This document shows positions 20,731 to 31,920 of a stretch of 64,000 nucleotides of DNA, one piece after another. The stretch lies in NCBI GenBank assembly GCA_963824495.1, contig CAWGPQ010000017.1, positions 32,001-96,000 on the forward strand, given 5' to 3'. The translations under genes and the position numbers were made by a program. The DNA is from an uncultured bacterium. Its GTDB lineage: Bacteria; Babelota; Babeliae; Babelales; Babelaceae. Within the stretch, counting starts at the first letter, position 1. Every line of letters starts with the position of its first letter. A model generated the notes under the pieces. It saw nothing but the letters and a program-made list of their open reading frames with translations, made no database searches and was not told where the DNA came from.

Positions 20731-21665
20731 GTGGTTCTTCGTTAGCAATTGGCCTCATTATAGCGCTTCCTGCTATCGGCGTGGGGTTAGGTCAGGGTCG
20801 TATTAATAAAGCAGCACTGGCCGCACTTAACCAACAACCGGCAGCATATACTGCTATAAATAGATTAACTCTTATTGCTATGGCGCTGAATGAAACAACA
20901 GCACTGGTAAGCGTACTAACGGCATTGCTTATTTTTATATCACCCTCAAATGCACCGTTCAGCTTTTTGGGAACCTTAGGCATTGCATGTTCAATAGCCA
21001 TTCCTGGCTTTGCTATAGGTCTTGCTTCTGCCCTCCCTGCACGTGAAGCCCTCAATGCTACAGCACGACAGCCATTCTTTGCACAACGCATTATGACGCT
21101 TTTATTTATTACACAGCCGTTTATTCAGACACCTATAATTTTCGGACTTATTACAAGCTTTTTACTACGTGCACAGTTACCCTTAGCCACCACGCTTAAT
21201 GAAGGCTTACGGCTTTTTGCCAGCGGTTTTGTTTTAGGTATTGGCTCACTTGGCCCCATTATTGGTTTAGCCTATTTTGGTCAAGCTGCCTGCAAAAGTA
21301 GTGGTATTAATCGAGCTGCCTATACCCGCATAAGAACTTTTACCTTTCTAAGCCAGGCGCTTATCGAAGCTCCTATAGTTTTTGCCCTTTTAATTGCCTT
21401 ACTTTTAGCCACGATACGTACACCACCTGATTCTTCACTATTGACAGGTATAGCACTACTTTCTGCTGCCTTTGCTCTAAGTTTTTCAACATTGGCAACA
21501 GGCATAGCCTCAGGTCGTACAGGAGCTGTTACTTGTTTGCAGATAGGTAAAAATCCCGAAATCTATGGCGAATTATCACGCTTGGCTATTCCAGCACAAA
21601 CATTAATTGACACATGTGCTATCTACGGATTAGTTGTTTCACTCTTTCTCATTATCTTGCGTTGA
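20727..21665 (+). CDS. atpE: F0 ATP synthase subunit c with four fused hairpins (312 aa)
   Basis: Four ~79-aa repeats with Gly-rich helix, QP/NP loop and ion-site residues E56, Q134, E214, D295; ATGA overlap with atpB. Confidence 0.85.
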   Translation: MSGSSLAIGLIIALPAIGVGLGQGRINKAALAALNQQPAAYTAINRLTLIAMALNETTALVSVLTALLIFISPSNAPFSFLGTLGIACSIAIPGFAIGLASALPAREALNATARQPFFAQRIMTLLFITQPFIQTPIIFGLITSFLLRAQLPLATTLNEGLRLFASGFVLGIGSLGPIIGLAYFGQAACKSSGINRAAYTRIRTFTFLSQALIEAPIVFALLIALLLATIRTPPDSSLLTGIALLSAAFALSFSTLATGIASGRTGAVTCLQIGKNPEIYGELSRLAIPAQTLIDTCAIYGLVVSLFLIILR

Positions 21666-21790
21666 TCAAAATTTCACGAGATTCTTAGAAACTCATCACT
21701 TTGCCCTAATACATCTGTTTGTTCAATCTATCTTACTCATGCTATAATTAAAAGTAGAAACTTACAAAAATAACAAATAAGGTTTATGCC

Positions 21791-23271
21791 ATGATTAAAG
21801 CTCTTATAAAAGTATTCGTCGTAGCAACGCTTTGCTGTTGGGCTACCGTTGACCCATACTATCCCGCTAAAATGCATGATGCCTGAACAAGTAAATGCTG
21901 CTACCAGTCAAGCACTACTTGAAGCTGTAAAAGCCAATAGTGCTCAAGAGGTGGTTTCGTTATTAGGTCGAGGTGCTAATGTTAATTATGTTAGTAATGT
22001 GGATGTTAATTATCCTGGTAATGGTGTTACTGCTCTTATTTTGGCAGCAACAAAGGGAAACATAGATATAGTCAAAATGCTTATAGAAGCTGATGCTAAC
22101 GTTAATTACGCTAACACTAATGGCGATACCGCTCTTATGAAGGCAGCTGGAGGTGGATATATAGGGACAGTTAGAATACTAATAGAGCATGGAGCTAACG
22201 TTAATCATGCTAATAATAATGGCGATACTGCTTTAATATGGGCAGCTCCAGGAAGTATAGAGATAGTCGGATTACTTATAGCAGCTGGGGCTGATATTAA
22301 TCACGTCCAAAGGAATGGTCTTACTGCTTTTGACTTCGCAGCTTTGCCAGCTAGCAATATAGATATGGTTAAGCTATTCCTAGATTATAAAGCTGATATT
22401 AACCACACTGATAATCGGGGCATTACCCCTTTAATAAGGGCAGCTAGAGATGGACATATAGAAATGGTTAGATTACTTATAAACCAAGGAGCTAATATTA
22501 ATCATGCTGATAATGATGGCAAGAGTGCTCTCTGGCGGCCAGCTCATCGTCTTGATACAGGCATAGCTCGACTACTTATAGAACACGGTGCCATTTTGTC
22601 AAATTTGTCAAACGACGAAGCACTTGGCCGAGCACTAGTGGAAGCACTTCGCAATCCACTCGCTTATCCAACCACCACAGGCGATAGGAAACGCATAGCA
22701 GCATTACTTTCTACAATACCAGCTGAAGTTAGAGCTGAGAACATAGCATTACAACAGCATGCACCTGAACCATCTCTTATACAAAGGATACGAGCATACT
22801 TTCAGGGCTTATTTAATGTCGACGTTATCCCTGCCCAGCAAGCAAACTTTCTCGATATTAATCAACGAAGTAGTTACGGCTTTACTCCCCCTGCATTTGG
22901 CTGCTGCACAAGGTCATGTAGATAGTGTGCGTGATCTCCTTCAAGCTGGTGCTAACTTTAGGCTTGCTAATAATGAAGGCTTAACTGCTCTTCAGCTTGC
23001 CCAACGCAATAGAAGAGAAGCAGCTTTACGTGAAGATATTGCTACTGTCAGACGCTACCAAGGCGTCGTTGGGCTCTTGCACAATTACGCAAATATACCG
23101 ACAGCACGCGAAGCTTTACAGAGAGCTTTTCAAGAATTGCCACGTCGAGAAACCCTTCGCCATTATGCAGGCTCTTACCCTCATGAGATTATTCACCTTA
23201 TTACAGAATATCAGACGGCACCGCCTTTCGTTACCGGTGACGGTGGCGCTTCAGCTTCTTATAGCTCTTGA
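21791..23271 (+). pseudogene. Signal peptide + ankyrin repeats + C-terminal F-box-like motif; two +1 frameshifts
   Basis: Signal ORF from ATG 21791 joins the ANK ORF if one base is removed near 21863-21865; removing one C at 22887-22891 restores TPLHLAAAQGH. Confidence 0.8.
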
Positions 23272-23317
23272 GCTTAAATACTCTCATTGGCAAATAATCA
23301 GCAGTTATAGTTTCTGC

Positions 23318-24547
23318 TTAAACCGAAGGTTCTGAAGAAGCTGGAGCTGCAGGAGCTCCGGGAGCCATGACATATTGGGCAACTAAAGCAGCAATCTCTG
23401 GGGGAAGCGGTATACCTGTTGGGGCCCATTCAAACTGTCCTGTTTGTCTTCCTGCTCGTGTTACTCTTCCAAACGCAACTTGACCTGCATATCCCTCAAG
23501 AAGACGAGCAACTTCAGGATGATTATTTTGAATTGCAAGGGTCCATGCTAATGCATGTTGACGGTTGAAAAGATTAGTCCGTGCATTATGATCAAGTAGA
23601 GTCCGGACAGCACCTAGATGTCCAGCACGTGCTGCATAATGTAATGGGGTATCACCATTATTGTTCACAGCATTAACGTTAGCACCATGATTAAGTAATG
23701 CTGTTAAAATATTACTATCGCCATTACGTGCTGCATAATGTAAAGGTGTATTGCCATCTTGATCACGAACGTTGACGTTAACGTTGCATTCAAGCAGCGC
23801 ATTAACCGTTTGTTCATCATTACGAGCAACTGCCCAATGTAACGGTCTCATGCTAAAATCATCTAAATCCTCACTGGAAGGACACAGAGGGGGGGCTAGC
23901 AAAGAACCTTCATGCTTAACCTTTTTAGTTGGCCGTTCTTCGAGAATTCTTGTAATAGTATCTCTGTCGCCTGTTATGATTGCTATGGCCAATGGTGAAA
24001 CATCATAGGCTTTTAATAACTTCAGCATGCGCGTCCTAATAACCTTATTATCTGAAACAGAAGCATTATTGAGCAAAAGCAATCTAACTATTTCTGTATG
24101 ATCTCTTAAAACTGCATGACCAAGAGCAGCAAAGCCATGATTACTAGTGTGATTAATATCAGCACCAGCTTCTATAAGCACGTTAACTACCTCTCCATAC
24201 CCCCGATCAGCTGCCTCTATTAAAGCAGTCAAGCCATAACCATCAGCACGATTAACGTTAGCTCTATGCTCTATTAGTATTCTAACTATCTCTATATACC
24301 CATTTCTAGCTGCCCTTATAAGAGCGGTATCACCATTAGTATCGGCATGATTGATATCGGCCCCTTGATTTAATAGTGAGATGACCTCTTGAGCATTATT
24401 GCCCATTGCAGCTCCAAGTAATGCGTCATCAAGTTTTTTTTGTTGTTCAGGAATAAGATGCTCCATGCTGAAGATAAGAGTATTATAAGAAGCTAGCATA
24501 AACATGCTTGTTATGAACATGAGAGTAGTTAAAAATCTAGGCTTCAT
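23318..24547 (-). CDS. Secreted ankyrin-repeat protein with C-terminal F-box-like motif
   Basis: Signal peptide, TALIxAA/TPLHYAA repeats, PLPPEIAALVAQY. Confidence 0.9.
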   Translation of the reverse strand: MKPRFLTTLMFITSMFMLASYNTLIFSMEHLIPEQQKKLDDALLGAAMGNNAQEVISLLNQGADINHADTNGDTALIRAARNGYIEIVRILIEHRANVNRADGYGLTALIEAADRGYGEVVNVLIEAGADINHTSNHGFAALGHAVLRDHTEIVRLLLLNNASVSDNKVIRTRMLKLLKAYDVSPLAIAIITGDRDTITRILEERPTKKVKHEGSLLAPPLCPSSEDLDDFSMRPLHWAVARNDEQTVNALLECNVNVNVRDQDGNTPLHYAARNGDSNILTALLNHGANVNAVNNNGDTPLHYAARAGHLGAVRTLLDHNARTNLFNRQHALAWTLAIQNNHPEVARLLEGYAGQVAFGRVTRAGRQTGQFEWAPTGIPLPPEIAALVAQYVMAPGAPAAPASSEPSV

Positions 24548-24720
24548 GGAAATGTTCTTTCAAGTAAAAAAAGTATTAAAAATACTATCTGATGATCTAC
24601 CAATAAAGCATATCACATAATAATTTCTAATTGCAAGCTATTGTGAACAAAAAGCTTTGCCTTAGACTTCTTCCTTGGTATACTCTTGCTCCTGTGCTTT
24701 AGAACTCGGCTATCGACTAG

Positions 24721-25908
24721 ATGCATGTACGTATAAAAAAGCAGCTTTATCCTATGGTTGTACAGAAAAAAATCACGGTCGTATATATTATTACCAAACT
24801 TGAGTTAGGAGGCGCACAAAAGGTATGCCTGGCTCTAGCTCAGGGACTTTCAGCATGTGCCATAACCCCCATTCTTATCTCAGGAAGCCAAGGCTTATTA
24901 GTAGACAAAGCTCAGCAGCTCTCTGATTATATACAAATAGAAACGCTTCAACGTGAAATTGGCTGGCAGATAATTGGAAGCGAAATTAAAAGTTTTTTAA
25001 TACTTATCAAAAAACTTAAGGAACTAAAGGCACAGCACCCCTGCCTTATTGTACACACGCATAGCACGAAAGCTGGACTCTTGGGTCGATGGGCTGCATT
25101 TTGTGCTGGCATATCCGTCAGAGTTCATACAATCCATGGGTATGGCTTTCATGATCATCAAAATAGTATAGCATGGCTTATTATGTATGTATTTGAGTTT
25201 ATCACAAGCTTTATTACTACACGTTTTGTGTGTGTTTCAACATACGACAGTACTACGGGCAGTAAGCTGCTGCCTGGCTTTAAGCGCAAGCATTCTCTTA
25301 TTCGAGCAGCCGTTAAGCAGGAGCAGTTTAGAGCAATGGCTCGAGTTTGGCCTATCCCTCCACTCCCATTTGTATTTGGCAGCGTTGCATGCTTTAAGCC
25401 CCAGAAAAATCTCTTTGACCTACTTAAAGCTTTTAGATATGTGCACACCTATAACTCAACAACGCGTCTTGAAATTATCGGTGATGGTTACTTGCGACCA
25501 GAGCTTGAGCACTGGATTACTGATCATGCTCTTGAATCTGTCGTTACGCTTCATGGTTGGCAATCAAATGTTGCTCCCCTTATGAACAGATGGCATGCTT
25601 TTGCGCTAAGCTCTCTCTGGGAAGGGCTACCTTGCGCTGTGGTAGAAGCCCGACTGCTCAAGCTTCCGGTTGTGTGCTATAATACTACTGGAATCAGTGA
25701 CGTTATTTTTCATGGATATAATGGTCTTATATCGCCCACACAGCAATGGGAGCAGCTTGCTCAAGATATGCTTGTAATAACCAGCGATAGCGATCTTTAC
25801 AAAAAACTTAGTACATATCAAGATGATCTTACGGAATTTAGCATAGGCACTATGCTAAAGCGACACAATAAACTATATAATGAACTGTATAATAACCTTA
25901 CGCTTTAG
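24721..25908 (+). CDS. Glycosyltransferase family 4
   Basis: GGAQ, HTHSTKAG, HTIHG, KPQKN, SLWEGLP..VVEA; start may be 24754. Confidence 0.9.
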   Translation: MHVRIKKQLYPMVVQKKITVVYIITKLELGGAQKVCLALAQGLSACAITPILISGSQGLLVDKAQQLSDYIQIETLQREIGWQIIGSEIKSFLILIKKLKELKAQHPCLIVHTHSTKAGLLGRWAAFCAGISVRVHTIHGYGFHDHQNSIAWLIMYVFEFITSFITTRFVCVSTYDSTTGSKLLPGFKRKHSLIRAAVKQEQFRAMARVWPIPPLPFVFGSVACFKPQKNLFDLLKAFRYVHTYNSTTRLEIIGDGYLRPELEHWITDHALESVVTLHGWQSNVAPLMNRWHAFALSSLWEGLPCAVVEARLLKLPVVCYNTTGISDVIFHGYNGLISPTQQWEQLAQDMLVITSDSDLYKKLSTYQDDLTEFSIGTMLKRHNKLYNELYNNLTL

Positions 25909-26018
25909 CCGGGCAAAAAACCAACTATCTTTGCCCATTACCAAGATTCTTGTATAATTGCTCTAGATTACCCTTAATATTGTAATATCTAAGAACTTAT
26001 TAACATTTCGAGCTATCC

Positions 26019-26930
26019 ATGATGCACCAGAATCTTTTAAGCGCCATTGGCAATACACCCCTTGTACGAATCAATCTTGGTACACCCCCCTGCATATACG
26101 CAAAACTTGAGTATCTTAATCCTGGCGGCAGCATTAAAGATCGTGCTGCGCTCTTTATGATAGAAGAAGCAGAGAGAACAGGTTTATTAAAACCAGGTGG
26201 AACTATTATTGAAGCATCGTCGGGCAATCAGGGAATTGCTGCAGCCATGATCGGCGCCCTTAAGGGATATAAAGTTATTATTACGGTTTCAGAAAAAAAC
26301 AGCAAAGAAAAACATGATACATTACGGGCTTATGGCGTACAGCTTGTTATTTGTCCACCCACAGCATCATTGCATGACCCACAAAGTTACCATAGCAGAG
26401 CACTTGAAATACAAAAAAGCACACCAAATTCGTTCATGTTAAACCAGTATTTTAACATAACAAATGCTCAAGCACATTACAGTGTGCTTGGTCCTGAAAT
26501 TTGGCGGCAAACACAAGGCACTATAACGCACTTTTGCGCTGCCGCCGGCTCGGGAGGAACAGTAAGTGGCGCCGGTAAATTTCTCAAAGAGCAAAACCCT
26601 GATATTAAAGTTATAGGTGTCGATGCAGCAACGTCATATCGATCAACAAAGGGCAACCCTCAGCCCTACAAAACTGAAGGGATAGGTGTAGACTTCGATT
26701 CCCCGCTAGTCGACATGAGCGTTATTAACGAATTTCTTCTTGCAACTGATACCGATACTCTCACGATGCTTAAAGAGCTCGCCTGCAAGCACGGCTTGTT
26801 AGTTGGACCATCAAGTGGTGCTGTTGCTCACGCTGTACGAGAATATTCTCGTACACTAAAGCCAGACGATATCGTTGTCGTAATTTTTGGTGATTCAGGA
26901 CGTGCATACTTAACTAAAAACTTTTATTAA
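26019..26930 (+). CDS. Cysteine synthase / cystathionine beta-synthase family PLP enzyme
   Basis: KLEYLNPGGSIKDR, SSGNQG, GSGGT, GPSSG, DSGRAYL. Confidence 0.9.
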   Translation: MMHQNLLSAIGNTPLVRINLGTPPCIYAKLEYLNPGGSIKDRAALFMIEEAERTGLLKPGGTIIEASSGNQGIAAAMIGALKGYKVIITVSEKNSKEKHDTLRAYGVQLVICPPTASLHDPQSYHSRALEIQKSTPNSFMLNQYFNITNAQAHYSVLGPEIWRQTQGTITHFCAAAGSGGTVSGAGKFLKEQNPDIKVIGVDAATSYRSTKGNPQPYKTEGIGVDFDSPLVDMSVINEFLLATDTDTLTMLKELACKHGLLVGPSSGAVAHAVREYSRTLKPDDIVVVIFGDSGRAYLTKNFY

Positions 26931-26941
26931 AAAAGATAACA

Positions 26942-27256
26942 ATGAAGAGATTGCTTTTGTTTACAACGAGCATAGTGTTTATCCCAAGCTTGTGTATGGA
27001 TAATAATCAATATATACTTCAAACAATAAAAATATTTCAAGATGTAGCAGCGAGAGAGCATAAACAGTTTGAAGATGCTCTCGCTCATCAGTATACGACT
27101 CAGGTAGCACAGGTACTTAAAGCCATAACAGCAAAAAATACCAAACAACTTGAAGCAGCTCTCACAGCTATATGTGATAACGCTCTCCTCAACGCTCAAG
27201 ATAAACAAGGCTTAACTCCTCTCCATTATGCTGTATCTACATGTAATTCAGTATAG
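26942..27256 (+). pseudogene. Truncated secreted ankyrin protein
   Basis: Signal peptide, then stops within the first full ANK repeat (GLTPLHYAV). Confidence 0.6.
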
Positions 27257-28016
27257 CTCCCGTTATAGATTGTGATTGAGGTTGCAATTGTTGAAGTGTA
27301 CGAGGGCACGATGGCTCTGGTTTTATTTCACGAGCCTCTTCCATAGACTCAGTATGCTTTTCAGATAAGCTGTATGGGTCAATAACTAGGTCATGGCTAT
27401 ATACAGGGTAAACAATTAAGCTAAAAATAACACAAGTTACAACATGTATGAGCAGGAAAGGTGCTTCCATTGCATGCTCCAACTTTTAAATATCATTATA
27501 AATTACAATTATTATTATAAGAAATAAGCTAATAGAAAAGCAACAATTCGGTTAAATACAGAAGCAACTTGAAGATAGCCTTTTCAATCTTTTAATAAAA
27601 CTCTTATGGCTACAGCATAATTGGTGCAATTACCTGAGAAATAACATAAAACTATTTCAAATAGGATACTTATTGTGTTAAGTTTTTCTTGTAAGCACTA
27701 CGACAATGGTGGGTTGGTGGAAATGCGGTAGCAGTGAATATTCCAAAAACACTATAGACCTCGGTTACGGCAAGGGTTGGTTTTTCCGATAAAAAATAAG
27801 TAATTTAAATTAAAAGGACACAGGTACCATAAGCTGGAAAGACCTTGATTTTAAGGCCATAACACGGGATCAAGCAAATAAGCTTATGAACAGCTCTGCA
27901 CCACTTGCAATAGAAACAGCCCTAGCCTCGGCAGGTGCAGGAGCGGCAATTGATCTACCTGAAATCCCTCCATTCAGTGCGTGCAAAATACGAGTGATGT
28001 ATTAGTTGGAACCGAA

Positions 28017-28316
28017 TTAGTATCCGCGTGGCTTAGATGGTCGCTCCTCGCAGTATGGTCCTGTTAAGTAGGCAATAAGAGCGAAAGCAGCAGGAGCTGA
28101 TAACCAACGCTTATAGTTCATCTGTGCTTCCGGTGATGAGAGTAATCTGCTTAGACAATACGTGGACGATGCACCGAACGAAATAAGCGATAGGGTGCAC
28201 AATGGTTTACTGACAGTATCAGTAGTGCAATGCAGGGCAGAGCACCTATTTTGTGAAAAATTTGCCAAAAGTAGCATACTTATAAAGAATGTAATGCCAA
28301 AAGTTTTCTTATACAT
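28017..28316 (-). CDS. Small membrane protein, tandem family member 3
   Basis: MYKKTFG start; shares KRWL..AF.....T.P.C motif with neighbours. Confidence 0.65.
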   Translation of the reverse strand: MYKKTFGITFFISMLLLANFSQNRCSALHCTTDTVSKPLCTLSLISFGASSTYCLSRLLSSPEAQMNYKRWLSAPAAFALIAYLTGPYCEERPSKPRGY

Positions 28317-28866
28317 GAGAAGATATTCCTTCGTTTTCTTGTAAGCTACATGATGGTGACGTTTGATGTGAAATAAAGGCAAATGCCAGAGTTGCTACAA
28401 TCCACTTAGACAGTTCAGATAGTGTAGCTTCATCATGATTACTTCTTATCATCTTAATTGATTGTCTCAATAAGGCTCCCGCTCCACATAATGAGGTACT
28501 AAAAACTATAGTGTGTAAAAGATTTTCAGGGATACATTTTTTAAGGGGACATCCAGGAATAACATGAGCATCACACCGTGGTGCTGTAGCATATGCCCCA
28601 GAAATAGCAGCAAGAAAAATCGGAGACCAGACAGGTACTGTTAGAGGAAACCTCAAAGTTGTTGCCAGTGAGATAATTTCATAAAAGGTATCGATTGCTG
28701 TTGCCCCAGTCGTAACAAGTGATACACGATACAGCATTTCGTCAAAAGGCTTGCCTGTATGACATTCTTGAATGGAACATTCAACAGCACGTATAATGCG
28801 AGTTGATGTACTCACCAAGAACATAAAGCTAACTAAAAAAATACTACCAAAAGTTTGCTTATACAT
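28309..28866 (-). CDS. Membrane protein, tandem family member 2 (two units)
   Basis: MYKQTFG start, CPLKKC, KWI...AF...QTSPSC. Confidence 0.7.
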   Translation of the reverse strand: MYKQTFGSIFLVSFMFLVSTSTRIIRAVECSIQECHTGKPFDEMLYRVSLVTTGATAIDTFYEIISLATTLRFPLTVPVWSPIFLAAISGAYATAPRCDAHVIPGCPLKKCIPENLLHTIVFSTSLCGAGALLRQSIKMIRSNHDEATLSELSKWIVATLAFAFISHQTSPSCSLQENEGISSHV

Positions 28867-28939
28867 AAGAACGTGCTCGTTAGATGCTCAAAATTCGCCA
28901 GGGAGCTTATAGTCCCTGGCAAAAAACTTTTGATAAAGT

Positions 28940-29260
28940 TTAGCGCGATGTAACGTCTTCTAAGTTACATGATGGTTGTGTCCGATATGCAACAAAAGCG
29001 CTAGTCGCAGCAGCTAAAAGCCAGCTTGACAATTTTCTATTGTTGCGTGTAAGACCGGGAAGTTCATCAGCAACTGCTTTTAATGAAAATCCCCCTGCTA
29101 AAAGCGCACTAGCAAACAGTACTTGATGTGGCCACACTTGCTCGCGAGCACATTGCTTAAGAGGACATTCAGCACTATGGCTTAAGACACTGCCATAATA
29201 AGAACTTGCCAAAAGTACCAAACTCATCAAAAGAGTAACACCAGAAGTTTTCTTTTGCAT
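28940..29260 (-). CDS. Small membrane protein, tandem family member 1
   Basis: MQKKTSG start with SD gaagggg, CPLKQC, SWL...AF..RTQPSC. Confidence 0.7.
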   Translation of the reverse strand: MQKKTSGVTLLMSLVLLASSYYGSVLSHSAECPLKQCAREQVWPHQVLFASALLAGGFSLKAVADELPGLTRNNRKLSSWLLAAATSAFVAYRTQPSCNLEDVTSR

Positions 29261-29397
29261 ATTATTCCCCTTCATAAGTTAAACAACATCTGTTTTCAAA
29301 TTGTGCTCATACTATCATCAAAGATTTGTTTACACAAGAGAGGTACCTCATGAGGGAGTGTCATTGCCACTCCCACCGCTCTCTGCTCAAACAATAA

Positions 29398-29787
29398 TCA
29401 AGACTGGGCTTGATCTCCTAAGTTTTCTTCATCTATGAGTTCTACTTCATTAGTACACACAAAAGAAAGGTTAAGTCTTACGTTTGCGTTAATTTTGCCT
29501 GTGTGTACTTCAAGCGTATCCCATACCTCTTTGTATTCTTTAGTTAGAGCATCAACTTTATTGATAGTCTCATGCAGGGCTTTATGAAGAAGCTCTGTCA
29601 GTCGAGAGTCGAGTTCATTACATCCTGCCTGTTTCTCGGGTGCCAGCATAGCGTATGCTTTATCAATACATTGATTATTAAGAAAGGGACGAAAAGGAGC
29701 TTGTGCTGTTTCGGCCTGACACTGGAACATGAACGTGGCAAGTCCTAGTCCGGCAGCGGTTACTAACGATACATTTTTGAATACCAT
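29398..29787 (-). CDS. Hypothetical secreted protein
   Basis: SD aaggag; signal peptide ending CQA. Confidence 0.65.
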   Translation of the reverse strand: MVFKNVSLVTAAGLGLATFMFQCQAETAQAPFRPFLNNQCIDKAYAMLAPEKQAGCNELDSRLTELLHKALHETINKVDALTKEYKEVWDTLEVHTGKINANVRLNLSFVCTNEVELIDEENLGDQAQS

Positions 29788-30005
29788 ACGGTCTCCTTTG
29801 AGTTTTTACGGATACGTTAATTTACGCGAGGCTTAGGATATCAATGCCTCGGCAAAAAATCAATCACGTTGATAAGAGGCCCCCCTCGTTAACAGGCAGC
29901 GAAATAGCGGGGAAAATACTAGACTTTTCCTATAATTTGGTTACAATAAGAAATAAGTAGAGTTTATAATAAAATTCCTAATAGAAATCAAAAATTTGCA
30001 AAACT

Positions 30006-31811
30006 ATGAATATACATGAAAAGAAACGACCTAATGTACGAAATCTAGCAATAATCGCCCACGTAGACCATGGCAAGACCACGCTCGTGGACAAATTGTT
30101 GCGCCAATCCGGAACCATAGAAGACGATGCTGGCGAACGAGTAATGGACTCGAATGCCCTTGAACGTGAACGTGGTATTACGATTTTGGCAAAGAATACG
30201 GGTATTACCTATGGCGATTACGCTATTAATATCGTTGATACCCCCGGCCATAGTGACTTCGGGGGTGAAGTAGAACGAACGCTCCAGATGGTTGAAGGAT
30301 TTTTGCTCTTGGTCGATGCTGCTGAAGGGGTACTCCCAGGAACGCGCTTTGTACTTCATAAAGCACTTCAGCTTAATCTCAAGCCGCTCGTGCTTATTAA
30401 TAAAATTGATAGAAAAGATGCTGATATTGAGCGAACCGAAAGCCTTATACATGATCTTTTTCTTGATCTGGCACAACATGAAAGTCAGCTTGAGTTTCCT
30501 ATCCTTTATGGATCGTCACGATTGGGTTTTGCAACCTCAAATCCTCTAGAAACGAGTGATAGCATGAAACCTCTTTTTGATGCCATACTCAAGCACATAC
30601 CAGCGCCTTCAGAAAAAGCTGCCAGTTTACAACTTTTGGTAACAAGTTTAGACCACTCGGACTTCTTAGGTCAAATTGCAATTGGGCGTATCTTTAGCGG
30701 AGAACTCAAAGTTGGACAACACGTTATATGTTGCAAAGACGAAACAATAAGTAAACCGATTAAAATAACCAAAATTTATACATTTAATGGGCTACAACGA
30801 ATAGAGTCATCAAGTGCTTCGTATGGCGATATTGTTGCCATTACAGGATTTACTGAGCCTGTTACTATCGGTACGACTATTTGTGATATCGGCAACGCAT
30901 TACCTCACCCTTACGTAAAGATCGACGAGCCAACGCTCTCATTCTACATTTCAGTTAATGATTCACCATTTAATGGGCAAGAGGGCAAGCTGCTCACTTC
31001 ACGCCAAATTAGAGATCGCTTAGAAAAAGAACTCAAAACAAACGTCGCGCTCCGGGTAGAATCTACTGATTCAGCTGATGTGTTTAAAGTATCTGGACGG
31101 GGTCAGCTTCATTTGGGCATTCTTGTTGAAAATATGCGTCGTGAGGGATTTGAGCTTCAAATATCAGCACCTGAAGTTATCTATAAAACCATCGATGGGG
31201 TCAAGCATGAGCCCATCGAATATCTTGTCGTTGATCTTCTTGAGGAACATCAAGGCTTGGTACTCGAATACTTGGGCAGAAAAAAAGCAGAAATGAGAAA
31301 TATGGTACACTACGGTAATGGTCGTATGCGTATTGAATTTGAAGTACCATCTCGGGGGCTTTTGGGATTTAGAAATCAGTTTTTAACGGATACTCGCGGC
31401 AGCGGTATTGCTACATTTAGTTTCCACGGATACCAGCCCTATAAAGGCGATATACCACTCCGTACACGTGGCGCCCTTGTCTCTATGGAAAACGGGCCAG
31501 CAACCAATTTTGCCCTTAACGTATTACAAGAACGAGGGACTCTATTCGTCAAACCCACAGAAAAGATATACGAAGGTATGATTATTGGCGAAAATAGTCG
31601 TGAAGACGATATGGATGTTAACCCCTGTAAATTAAAAAAGCTTACTAATATGCGTGCATCTGGATCTGACGATCTGGTTAAGATTGAGCCACCACGTAAG
31701 ATGACGCTTGAAATGTGCATGGAATGGATTATGCCCGATGAACTTATTGAAGTTACGCCACTTTCTATACGCTTGCGCAAGAAAATTCTCCGTGCGTCGC
31801 TCAGAAAATAA
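30006..31811 (+). CDS. typA: Translational GTPase TypA/BipA
   Basis: [49 protein letters not shown]. Confidence 0.97.
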   Translation: MNIHEKKRPNVRNLAIIAHVDHGKTTLVDKLLRQSGTIEDDAGERVMDSNALERERGITILAKNTGITYGDYAINIVDTPGHSDFGGEVERTLQMVEGFLLLVDAAEGVLPGTRFVLHKALQLNLKPLVLINKIDRKDADIERTESLIHDLFLDLAQHESQLEFPILYGSSRLGFATSNPLETSDSMKPLFDAILKHIPAPSEKAASLQLLVTSLDHSDFLGQIAIGRIFSGELKVGQHVICCKDETISKPIKITKIYTFNGLQRIESSSASYGDIVAITGFTEPVTIGTTICDIGNALPHPYVKIDEPTLSFYISVNDSPFNGQEGKLLTSRQIRDRLEKELKTNVALRVESTDSADVFKVSGRGQLHLGILVENMRREGFELQISAPEVIYKTIDGVKHEPIEYLVVDLLEEHQGLVLEYLGRKKAEMRNMVHYGNGRMRIEFEVPSRGLLGFRNQFLTDTRGSGIATFSFHGYQPYKGDIPLRTRGALVSMENGPATNFALNVLQERGTLFVKPTEKIYEGMIIGENSREDDMDVNPCKLKKLTNMRASGSDDLVKIEPPRKMTLEMCMEWIMPDELIEVTPLSIRLRKKILRASLRK

Positions 31812-31920
31812 ATAATTTAGAACTACTCAAAACACGCTCTTAGCTTGCCAATGGTCGAGAACTTTTATAGATTTATGGCAAAATCTTAACGTTCAATTAT
31901 AGCTTCATTTAAGGATTGAC

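Noticed and set aside
27237..27482. 81-aa minus-strand ORF
   Set aside because: TTG start, no SD or motif; lies in an apparently decayed region after the truncated ankyrin gene
28897..28920. Hairpin gccaggga...tccctggc as a terminator
   Set aside because: No U-tract 3' of the stem on either strand; it lies inside a co-oriented gene array, so its function is unclear
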